IMG/VR virus record: IMGVR_UViG_2734482562_000003
DNA from: a virus
Taxonomy: Duplodnaviria > Heunggongvirae > Uroviricota > Caudoviricetes
DNA length: 7,262 bases
Strand: one strand, 5' to 3'
In this document: positions 1 through 7,175 of the stretch, one piece after another
Layout: every line of letters begins with the position of its first letter
How positions within the stretch are numbered: the stretch's first letter is position 1
Program-made: the position numbers and the translations under genes
The notes under the pieces: generated by a model
Told to the model about the DNA's origin: nothing
Databases searched by the model: none
Seen by the model: the letters and a program-made list of their open reading frames with translations, nothing else

Positions 1-2
1 TT

Positions 3-380
3 ACCTACAAAGAGCAGCGCGACAAAAACGCAAGAGAACTGAAGCTGGCGAACGCAACCATTACTGACATGCAGCAGCGCCAGCGTGATGCTGATGCACT
101 CGATGCTAAATACACGAAGGAGTTAGCTGATGCGAAAGCTGAAAATGATGCTCTTCGGCGCAAGCTTGATAATGGTGGTCGGGTGCTCGTCAAAGGAAAA
201 TGCCCTGTGCCATCCTCAGCCGAAACCTCCAGCGCCTCCGGCATGGGCAATGATGCCACCGTCGAACTCTCTCCAGTTGCTGGACGAAACGTTCTCGGTA
301 TCCGGGACGGAATCATCAGCGACCAGACAGCATTGAGAATGCTTCAGGAGTACATCAGGATCCAATGCCTTGGGGGGTAG
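3..380 (+). CDS. Rz: Rz-like i-spanin (inner-membrane spanin subunit), 5' end cut by window edge
   Basis: Frame 3 is open from the window start to TAG at 378-380. The translation ([52 protein letters not shown]...) closely matches my recollection of phage lambda Rz (coiled-coil periplasmic region), and two Cys residues (KGKC and IQCLGG) sit where lambda Rz has its cysteines. The true start lies upstream of the window. Confidence 0.85.
   Translation, partial: TYKEQRDKNARELKLANATITDMQQRQRDADALDAKYTKELADAKAENDALRRKLDNGGRVLVKGKCPVPSSAETSSASGMGNDATVELSPVAGRNVLGIRDGIISDQTALRMLQEYIRIQCLGG
130..336 (+). CDS. Rz1: Rz1-like o-spanin (outer-membrane lipoprotein), embedded in the +1 frame of Rz
   Basis: The ORF lies wholly inside Rz in a different frame. 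A strong RBS AAGGAG (117-122) sits 7 nt before the ATG. The N-terminus [21 protein letters not shown] is a lipoprotein signal peptide with lipobox-like VVGC, followed by a Pro-rich segment ([11 protein letters not shown]), as in lambda Rz1. Confidence 0.8.
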   Translation: MRKLKMMLFGASLIMVVGCSSKENALCHPQPKPPAPPAWAMMPPSNSLQLLDETFSVSGTESSATRQH

Positions 381-468
381 CGGTAATTTTACTCATTATC
401 CTTCAAATCAGATTCTGTTGTCAGAGGAATGGGGGAAGCTGGATTCGCAAGAGCTTTTTATGGGCAGT

Positions 469-978
469 TTAGCTAAAAAAAGGCAACACGAAGCTAAAAC
501 TACCAACATAAAGTGCTGACCAGCTAGCAGCTGAAATCAGACTCACTGTATACACTTTCACTGGATGAAGTTGCAACATTCCTGCCACCAAAGGAGCAAT
601 ATAACGCAGCACGGCGATAAAGCGCGAAGTGAAAAGTATTGACACAGAGTTATTTTGCAACTGAAGGCGAACCCGTTCTATTGTATTGGAACGGCTTGAT
701 ATTATACATGCAAGTTGAGGGATATGCCCAATTATTATACCAAGATGGTAATTAACGATAGTACCGCACCATGCGCCACTCATGACCGTGATTCCAGCTT
801 CCCATGGTGAAAGAGTCGTCTTGCTGACTGTAATTACAGTGGCCATCATAATTGATGCTGGTGGCAATATCGCCGAAATGAGTAAAGTGGATTTTGTGAA
901 CGCTATTATAAAAAGAAGCCCCCATAGGCGATATGGATGAAGTACAAAATAGTTCATCAAAGCATTTATCCACTCCAT
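469..978 (-). CDS. YqaA/DedA-family polytopic inner-membrane protein (moron; function unknown)
   Basis: A 169-170 codon ORF on the minus strand with ATG at 978-976 (the ORF track starts one codon earlier at TTG 981-979) and TAA stop at 471-469. It is very hydrophobic with several predicted TM segments. The segments ILPPASIMMATVITVSKTTLSPWEAG and RFIAVLRYIAPLVAGM resemble the LLPGNSEVVLVAMLL...HPW and MPVVGDLLCLLAGW regions of E. coli YqaA as I recall it. An AAGGA-like RBS lies about 9 nt upstream on the minus strand. The region is visibly more AT-rich than the flanking phage genes. Confidence 0.65.
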   Translation of the reverse strand: MEWINALMNYFVLHPYRLWGLLFIIAFTKSTLLISAILPPASIMMATVITVSKTTLSPWEAGITVMSGAWCGTIVNYHLGIIIGHIPQLACIISSRSNTIERVRLQLQNNSVSILFTSRFIAVLRYIAPLVAGMLQLHPVKVYTVSLISAASWSALYVGSFSFVLPFFS

Positions 979-1162
979 CAATGTCTTTCCTTCTGTGAAT
1001 TTTTCTTTGCTATTTAACCGTGATACGACTTAATTTAGGCTTAAACACCTTACATTTACAAGGTACTCCTGTGGGGGGCCCTGCCACGGAGCGTCGCAGG
1101 AGTGAGTGATGAGGAAGAATTAAAGCAACCTATTGTGACAGGCAGCGATAACAGTAAATCAC

Positions 1163-1168
1163 AGGAAG
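1163..1168 (+). promoter_or_regulatory. Ribosome-binding site (AGGAAG) for the small terminase gene
   Basis: Purine-rich Shine-Dalgarno-like hexamer 7 nt upstream of the ATG at 1176. Confidence 0.5.
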
Positions 1169-1175
1169 CATAATC

Positions 1176-1940
1176 ATGGCAAAACCGGACTGGGAGGCCA
1201 TCGAATCGGCATACCGGGCCGGAGTCCTTAGCCTCCGTGATATAGGCGAGAAATACGGCGTTACAGAAGGGGCTATCAGGAAGAGGGCCAAAAAGCTTGG
1301 TTGGGCACGCAGTGGCGGTACGCAGGTTTGCAAAAATGGTACGCAAAAAAGGAAAGTGCGTACCAGCAGAAAGCCTGCCATTACTGGCCTTACACAAAAA
1401 AGTACGCAACTAAAAACAGAATCTACACCGGATACGAAACCGATACGCGGAATGCGTACCGATCCCCCGACTAACCCATTCCAACCCGGTAACCAGCAGG
1501 CATTAAAACACGGTGGTTATGCCCGTCGCCTTCTGCTCAAAGATGAGGTGATAGAGGACGCTAAAGCGTTGACGCTCGAGGACGAATTATTTCGCCTTCG
1601 TGCTAACAACCTTGTCGCTGCAGAGAATATTGGTCGGTGGTTGGTGTCGCTGGAAGATGCTAATGGGGACCAGGAAAGGAAGATGCTGATTGAAAATATC
1701 AGCGCCGCCGAGAAAGCAATGATGCGCAATACAGTTCGTATTGAGTCCATCGTTGGCACGCTTGCGACGGTAGGAAAAATATTTGCTGATACAGCCTACC
1801 GCAAGGCCGCCACTGATAAGGTGTCTCTGGAGGCTGATCGTCTTCGCCGTGATGCAGGTATTGATGATGGCAATGGAGAGCGTGACCTCAATGACTTCTA
1901 CTCTGACATCCAAACCGACGCTGAATCCGGCTTTACGTAG
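1176..1940 (+). CDS. terS: Terminase small subunit
   Basis: A 254-aa ORF directly upstream of, and overlapping, the large terminase. The N-terminus has a helix-turn-helix-like segment (LSLRDIGEKYGVTEGAIRKRAKKLGW), and the motif NPFQPGNQQALKHGGYA is typical of phage small terminases as I recall them. It follows a good RBS and ends with TAG at 1938-1940. Confidence 0.8.
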   Translation: MAKPDWEAIESAYRAGVLSLRDIGEKYGVTEGAIRKRAKKLGWARSGGTQVCKNGTQKRKVRTSRKPAITGLTQKSTQLKTESTPDTKPIRGMRTDPPTNPFQPGNQQALKHGGYARRLLLKDEVIEDAKALTLEDELFRLRANNLVAAENIGRWLVSLEDANGDQERKMLIENISAAEKAMMRNTVRIESIVGTLATVGKIFADTAYRKAATDKVSLEADRLRRDAGIDDGNGERDLNDFYSDIQTDAESGFT

Positions 1941-3294
1941 TTTCTGGACTATGCGGGCACGTAACAAAGTGCTTTATGGTGGTCGGTCATCGTCAAAATC
2001 ATGGGATGCCGCTGGCATTGCCATATTTCTGTCGAATAAATACACCCTGCGTTTTTGTTGTGCCCGTCAGATCCAGAATAAAATCGAAGAGTCGGTGTAT
2101 ACCCTGCTCAAAATTCAGATAGACAGGTTTGGTCTGCGGCACCGTTTCCGTATTCTGAACAACAAAATCATTAACCGGGTTACTGGCTCGGAATTTGTTT
2201 TTTATGGATTATGGCGCAACATCGAAGAAATTAAGTCACTGGAGGGGATCGATGTGTTGTGGCTGGAAGAAGCCCACGCACTGACGGAATACCAGTGGAA
2301 AATTCTGGAGCCAACGATCCGTAAAGAGGGTTCGGAATGCTGGTTCATATTCAACCCCGGACTTGTTACTGATTTCGTCTGGCGCAACTTCGTTGTTGAT
2401 CCGCCCGAAGGCACTCTCATCCGCAAAATTAACTATGACGAAAATCCGTTTCTGTCTGACACCATGCTTAAGGTTATCGACGCGGCGCGACGCCGTGATC
2501 CGGATGGTTTTAAACATGTGTATGAGGGCGTTCCGGAGTCTGATGATGATGCGGCAATCATCAAACTGTCTTGGATAGAAGCCGCAGTGGATGCGCACAA
2601 AACGTTAAATTTCGAACCCAGTGGAAGAAAGCGTATTGGCTTTGACGTGGCTGACAGTGGTACAGATAAGTGCGCTAACGTTTACCGTCACGGATCCGTT
2701 GTTTTCTGGGCCGACGAATGGAAGGCCAAAGAAGATGAATTACTGAAGAGCTGCCAGCGTACTTATCAGGCGGCGCTGGAGCGTGAAGCAGATATTGTTT
2801 ACGACTCTATCGGTGTTGGTGCGTCTGCCGGTGCTAAATTCTCTGAAATTAACGCTGACCGGAAGAGCGAGAACGCATACGCGCGACGTGTGAATTACCA
2901 GAGGTTTAACGCCGGTGCTGGTGTGCATGAGCCAGATGACGAGTACAACGGCATCCCCAACAAAGACTTTTTCGCAAATCTTAAGGCTCAGGCATGGTGG
3001 CTGGTGGCTGACCGTTTCAGAAATACGTTTAACGCCATTAACAACGGAGAACAGTATCCTGTGGATGAGCTGATCAGCATAGATTCTCGTTGTCCGTTGC
3101 TTGAAAAGCTGAAACTGGAACTGACAACACCTCATCGTGATTTCGACCGTAACGGACGTGTGATGGTCGAAAGTAAAAAAGACCTCGCAAAACGCGAGAT
3201 ACCGTCACCAAACGTTGCTGATGCATTCATTATGGCCTTCGCGCCAATCGATACATCGCTGGATATCTGGGAACAGCTGGGGAGACAGGCCTGA
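1891..3294 (+). CDS. terL: Terminase large subunit (ATPase plus nuclease)
   Basis: The long ORF is open from 1783, but the likely start is ATG 1891 (MTSTLTSKPTLNP...) with GGAGAG 10 nt upstream; alternative starts are 1864, 1873 and 1951. It contains a P-loop-like segment YGGRSSSKSW and a Walker-B-like IDVLWLEEAH. Overall it resembles, from memory, the Sf6-type large terminase (e.g. IKSLEGID, FVVDPP, and the C-terminal SPNVADAFIMA nuclease-region motif). Stop is TGA 3292-3294. Confidence 0.85.
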   Translation: MTSTLTSKPTLNPALRSFWTMRARNKVLYGGRSSSKSWDAAGIAIFLSNKYTLRFCCARQIQNKIEESVYTLLKIQIDRFGLRHRFRILNNKIINRVTGSEFVFYGLWRNIEEIKSLEGIDVLWLEEAHALTEYQWKILEPTIRKEGSECWFIFNPGLVTDFVWRNFVVDPPEGTLIRKINYDENPFLSDTMLKVIDAARRRDPDGFKHVYEGVPESDDDAAIIKLSWIEAAVDAHKTLNFEPSGRKRIGFDVADSGTDKCANVYRHGSVVFWADEWKAKEDELLKSCQRTYQAALEREADIVYDSIGVGASAGAKFSEINADRKSENAYARRVNYQRFNAGAGVHEPDDEYNGIPNKDFFANLKAQAWWLVADRFRNTFNAINNGEQYPVDELISIDSRCPLLEKLKLELTTPHRDFDRNGRVMVESKKDLAKREIPSPNVADAFIMAFAPIDTSLDIWEQLGRQA

Positions 3295-4760
3295 TGGCAC
3301 GAAACAAACAAGCCCTGCGGCGAACTGTGCAGGCCACAGCTGATGGTTATGAGAATTTTATTGCCCGCGTAGGGATGCAGACACCTAACCAGCACTCAGC
3401 ATCCACCTACCGGGCTAATTTCACCAGTCGTAACCGCATGCTGGTGGAATGGTCCTATCGTTCATCCTAGATCATCGGCGAAGCAGTCGATGCTATCCCG
3501 GATGATATGACCCGCAAAGGCATTCGCATCACTTCGGAAATTGATGCAAAAGATCGTGGCATTCTCGAATCACAACTGGATGAGTTGCAAATCTGGGATG
3601 CGCTGAATGACGTGCTGAAATGGTCGCGCCTCTACGGCGGCGCGGTGGGTTTCATCATGATTGAGGGGTAGGCACCAATGACCCCGCTGCGACCCGAAAC
3701 CATCGGTAAGGGCAAGTTTAAGGGGATTCTCCCGCTCGACCGCTGGATGGTCGACCCGGCACTGACCCGCCGCATTAAAGATATGGGGCCGGACCTGGGT
3801 AAACCTGAGTTTTACGATGTGGTGACCACAGCAACGGGAATTCCTGCCTGGCGCATTCATCACAGTCGCCTGATTCGCTTTGATGGCGTCACGTTGCCAT
3901 TTCAGCAGAAGATGACCGAGAACGAATGGGGAATGTCGGTTGTAGAGCGTATCTGGGATCGTCTTACCGCGTTCGACAGCGCTACTGTCGGCGCGGCGCA
4001 GCTGGTCTACAAGGCGCATTTGCGTACCTACAGCGTGGAGAAGCTACGCGAGCTTATCGCACTTGGTGGTCCTGCGTATGAAGCGTTGCTGAAGAATATC
4101 GACCTGATTCGACAGTTCCAGAGTAATGAAGGCATGACGCTCATGGACTCGCGGGATAAGTTTGAAACCCATCAGTACAGCTTCAGTGGTCTGGATGACA
4201 TCCTTTCGCAGTTTGTAGAACAGATTAGTGGCGCTGTTGGTATCCCACTGGTGCGGTTGTTCGGACAGTCCCCGAAAGGATTTTCTACCGGTGATGCAGA
4301 CCTTGCCAACTATTACGATCGCATCAGTTCGTTGCAGGAGAGGCGTTTACGTCTTCCGGTGCGGCGGATACTGGACATCATGCATCGTTCGGAACTTGGC
4401 AAGCCGCTGCCGGACGATTTCACGTTTGAGTTTAACCCGCTCTGGCAAATGTCTGATGTCGATCGCTCAACGGTGGCGTTAAACACCACCAACGCAATCA
4501 GTACGGCGCTGGGTGATGGTCTGATGACACTGAAAGCCGCTATGACTGATTTGCGAGAAAATTCTGACGTAACCGGCATCGGGGCATCCATTACCGACGA
4601 GGACATCGAGAATGCCGAAGATGAAGCGCCGCCCGGCATCGGCGAACCTGATGACGAACCGCAGGAGCCGTCAGGCGGAAATCCGGTATCGAACCAGCCT
4701 ACGCAGGATAGCGAGGGCGGTCGGAGACATCGTAAATGGTCGCTACGATGGTTCAAATGA
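3294..4760 (+). pseudogene. Portal protein gene interrupted by two in-frame amber (TAG) codons
   Basis: ATG at 3294-3296 overlaps the terL stop (TGATG), a classic translational-coupling junction. The same frame runs 488 codons to TGA 4758-4760, a typical portal size, at the portal position between terL and the head-morphogenesis gene. It is broken only by TAG at 3468-3470 (codon 59) and TAG at 3669-3671 (codon 126). The segments between the stops are protein-like, and the largest uninterrupted ORF (3678-4760, 360 aa) has its own GAGGGG RBS-like sequence. The portal assignment rests on size and synteny, not a recognised motif. Confidence 0.6.
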
Positions 4761-5430
4761 CAGTATCACGGAAATTATTGCGGCGCTGGAGCGTTACAGT
4801 GAAATCATCACCCCCTGGGCGACAAAGGTCGCGGAAAACTTTACTGCGGACCTAACCCGGCAGAACGAGAAAGTTTGGCGGCAACACAGCAAGAACATCA
4901 GTCGCGAGCTCCGCAATCTTGTGGAAAGCGCTCCTGTGGGCCAGGTGATGCAATCCATCATCGCCGAACAGGTCAAGTACATCAAATCTCTGCCTCTCGA
5001 GGCCGCAGACAGGGTGTACGACATCCAGAACAAAGCGATAGAGGCTGTTGTCACCGGTGGTCGGGCGGAGCAGTTTGCTAAAGAGATTGCATCTACCGGC
5101 GATGTTGCTAAGTCTAGGGCCGATCTGNNNNNNNNNNNNNNNNNNNNNNNNNNNNNNNNNNNNNNNNNNNNNNNNNNNNNNNNNNNNNNNNNNNNNNNNN
5201 NNNNNNNNNNNNNNNNNNNNNNNNNNNNNNNNNNNNNNNNNNNNNNNNNNNNNNNNNNNNNNNNNNNNNNNNNNNNNNNNNNNNNNNNNNNNNNNNNNNN
5301 NNNNNNNNNNNNNNNNNNNNNNNNNNNNNNNNNNNNNNNNNNNNNNNNNNNNNNNNNNNNNNNNNNNNNNNNNNNNNNNNNNNNNNNNNNNNNNNNNNNN
5401 NNNNNNNNNNNNATGAAAAGGGCAGCATAA
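4612..5430 (+). CDS. Putative head morphogenesis / minor head protein, interrupted by an assembly gap
   Basis: ORF with a GAGGA RBS 8 nt before ATG 4612. It overlaps the 3' end of the portal frame by 149 nt in another frame and sits between the portal and the scaffold-like gene. The central part is unknown (N run 5128-5412), so length and frame continuity across the gap cannot be verified. The function call is based mainly on synteny. Confidence 0.4.
   Translation: MPKMKRRPASANLMTNRRSRQAEIRYRTSLRRIARAVGDIVNGRYDGSNDSITEIIAALERYSEIITPWATKVAENFTADLTRQNEKVWRQHSKNISRELRNLVESAPVGQVMQSIIAEQVKYIKSLPLEAADRVYDIQNKAIEAVVTGGRAEQFAKEIASTGDVAKSRADLXXXXXXXXXXXXXXXXXXXXXXXXXXXXXXXXXXXXXXXXXXXXXXXXXXXXXXXXXXXXXXXXXXXXXXXXXXXXXXXXXXXXXXXXXXXXXXXMKRAA
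5128..5412. other. Run of 285 N (assembly gap or masked sequence)
   Basis: Directly visible in the sequence. True length and content are unknown. Confidence 0.99.
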
Positions 5431-5433
5431 CCC

Positions 5434-6654
5434 ATGAAATACTTTTTTGAGACCAGGCTCGGGGAAACCCGATACCGCCTGGCTGACGGCTCGTTGCTGT
5501 GCAAAGACGTGCCGATAGGACGAACAGGTAAGCAGCTCTATGGTGCTGATGACCTGCCAAAACTGAAACCCGATAAGTTCGGTGAAATAGTCGTCACGCG
5601 TTCTCCTGAGCAGGTATTCCATCCGGCCACGCTTGCCTCATTCGAAGGGATGAGCATCACGATCCTGCATCCTGAAGATGAAAACGGGAATGTGCGGCTG
5701 GTAAATCCCGAGAACTGGAAAGAGCTTGCTGTCGGGCACCTCCAGAATGTCCGGCGCGGGACGGGTGAGCAGTCTGATTTGATGCTGGCTGACCTTATCG
5801 TCAAAGACGAAAGCGCCATTCAGCTTATCGAAGATGGCCTGCGCGAAGTGTCGTGCGGCTATGACGCGGAGTACGAGCAGACCGAGCCAGGTAAAGCCGA
5901 GCAGGTCGATATTACCGGAAACCATGTGGCTCTTGTCCCTAAAGGCAGAGCCGGAAATCGTTGTGCAATTGGAGACAGAGACACAATGGCAAATCAAAAG
6001 AAAAACTGGTGGAACCGCATGCGTGCGGCCATCAAGACAGGAGATGCCGACACCATGAACGAACTGGTGGAGTCGGCTCCCGCATCGGTTACAGGAGATG
6101 AGGGGGATTTGCCGCAGGGCGTTAATCTCAACATCAACCTGTCCCCGCAGCAACCACTACCGGACAAAGCACCAGAGATGGGCGGAGATCCAACCGGCGA
6201 CAGTGATGATGACCTCAAAACATTACTGAAAGTCCTGCTGGCTAAGCTGGAAAGAAATGCCACGGGCGATAACGATAATAAGCCTGACGATAATCCGACC
6301 GGTGACGGCGAGGACGATGAAGAGGAAACCACGATTACTGGTGACTCAGCCTGGCGTGCCGAAGTTATCGTTCCGGGTATCGATCTGAGCCGTAAGATGA
6401 AACCGACCGCGTTCAAACGCGAGGTTCTGGCTTCTGCTGACAAAACGCTGGTTCGCCAGATAGTCGGTGATGCGGATATCCGCAAATTACCGAAACAATC
6501 GGTCGACATGGCGTTTAATGCCGTGTCTGAGGTTGCCAAAGGGCGAAACACCCGCGCCACCACCGGCGATGCACAGCGCCTAAACATGGGCATGACCAGT
6601 ATCGCTTCCCTGAACAAACAAAACGCTGAATTCTGGGCAAACCGTAAAGGGTAA
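5434..6654 (+). CDS. Putative capsid scaffolding / head maturation protein (DUF2213-like)
   Basis: A 406-aa ORF. The N-terminal region (RLADGSLLCKDVPIGRTGKQLY ... NHVALVPKGRAG) resembles what I recall of the DUF2213 phage head-protein family. It has a long acidic low-complexity central region with repeated TGD motifs, which is scaffold-like. It sits upstream of a small structural gene and the expected capsid gene. Confidence 0.55.
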   Translation: MKYFFETRLGETRYRLADGSLLCKDVPIGRTGKQLYGADDLPKLKPDKFGEIVVTRSPEQVFHPATLASFEGMSITILHPEDENGNVRLVNPENWKELAVGHLQNVRRGTGEQSDLMLADLIVKDESAIQLIEDGLREVSCGYDAEYEQTEPGKAEQVDITGNHVALVPKGRAGNRCAIGDRDTMANQKKNWWNRMRAAIKTGDADTMNELVESAPASVTGDEGDLPQGVNLNINLSPQQPLPDKAPEMGGDPTGDSDDDLKTLLKVLLAKLERNATGDNDNKPDDNPTGDGEDDEEETTITGDSAWRAEVIVPGIDLSRKMKPTAFKREVLASADKTLVRQIVGDADIRKLPKQSVDMAFNAVSEVAKGRNTRATTGDAQRLNMGMTSIASLNKQNAEFWANRKG

Positions 6655-6657
6655 AAA

Positions 6658-7164
6658 ATGAATAATGTATTTCTGTACCGGATGCCTGTTGGCATTGCCG
6701 GGGCTGTCTCTCGCCCGCAGGACTTAACCGTCGAACCGGTGGTCCTTAAATCCGATAACGCCTTCGCTGCCTATGGCCTGGCTGGTAAATACGATGATGA
6801 CGGTTTTTTCGTGCCGCTGGCAGATGGTGATACCGCAGACAAGGTGAAGGGGATCTACGTGCGCCCTTATCCGACCACGTCGCAGCCGGACATGGTTCGC
6901 CAGGTGGGAACAGGCAAGAACTTCCCGGGCGACGCCATGAAGCGTGGCTACGTGACCGTTAATCTCGGTTCTGATTTTGATGCCAGCACTATCAAAAAAG
7001 GCGATCCGGTATACGTTGTCGTCTCCACTGATGAATCCATCAAAGTGCCGCTGGGTGGATTCATGTCCACGTCAGTCAGTGGCAAAAACGTGGTGCTGAC
7101 CAACGCTGAATTCACAGGTGCCGGTGATGCTGACGGCAATGCAGAAATTTCCTGGAAGATTTAA
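6658..7164 (+). CDS. Putative head structural protein (decoration/cement-like), 168 aa
   Basis: ATG 6658 follows the upstream stop by 3 nt with an AAGGG RBS. The protein is Gly/Val-rich and beta-like, in the position occupied by small cement or decoration proteins in DUF2213-type head modules. The function is inferred from synteny only. Confidence 0.45.
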   Translation: MNNVFLYRMPVGIAGAVSRPQDLTVEPVVLKSDNAFAAYGLAGKYDDDGFFVPLADGDTADKVKGIYVRPYPTTSQPDMVRQVGTGKNFPGDAMKRGYVTVNLGSDFDASTIKKGDPVYVVVSTDESIKVPLGGFMSTSVSGKNVVLTNAEFTGAGDADGNAEISWKI

Positions 7165-7175
7165 GGAACAGACGA

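Noticed and set aside
435-460. Possible intrinsic terminator after Rz (GAAGCT ... AGCTTTTTA)
   Set aside because: It has only a 5-6 bp stem with an 11-nt loop and a G-U pair, which is too weak to call. Late phage transcription is expected to read through this region anyway.
752-973. 73-aa minus-strand ORF overlapping the YqaA-like gene in another frame
   Set aside because: It is entirely nested in the longer, membrane-protein-like ORF and has no independent support.
1032-1061. Sigma70-like hexamers on the minus strand upstream of the moron (TTGTAA ... TAAATT with about 18-bp spacing); similar weak hexamers upstream of terS on the plus strand (around 1133-1161)
   Set aside because: Matches are 4/6 at best in AT-rich sequence where such hits occur by chance; not reported as features without transcript-mapping evidence.
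1056-1409. Minus-strand ORFs (117 aa and 83 aa) spanning the intergenic region and the terS 5' end
   Set aside because: They are antisense to a well-supported terS, with no RBS or recognisable protein features; likely spurious.
1783-1890. Upstream extension of the large-terminase ORF (track start at 1783, MLIQPT...)
   Set aside because: It begins at a non-ATG codon deep inside terS with no RBS, whereas the ATG at 1891 has an RBS. It is treated as read-through of the open frame, not the real N-terminus.
3468-3671. Possibility that TAG is recoded (stop-codon reassignment) so the portal is intact
   Set aside because: TAG terminates Rz (378-380) and terS (1938-1940) at plausible or conserved C-termini, and nothing else in the window suggests an alternative genetic code. 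Pseudogenisation or an amber-mutant background is more parsimonious.
2236-4756. Several antisense ORFs inside terL and the portal (2236-2598, 2740-3135, 3132-3395, 3570-4019, 4313-4756, minus strand) and small plus-strand ORFs 2363-2578 and 4228-4482
   Set aside because: They overlap well-supported genes, have odd composition (Cys/Arg/Ser-rich), and are the usual shadow ORFs of coding sequence.
4794-6695. Antisense or alternative-frame ORFs across the gap and the scaffold gene (4794-5504, 4852-5622, 5114-5560, 5538-5819, 5638-6153, 5994-6695 on the minus strand; 4875-5081, 5048-5416, 5834-6058 on the plus strand)
   Set aside because: Many consist largely of X residues from the N run, and the rest are antisense to the scaffold-like gene; no independent support.
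6948-7139. 63-aa minus-strand ORF inside the decoration/cement-like gene
   Set aside because: Antisense shadow ORF with no RBS.
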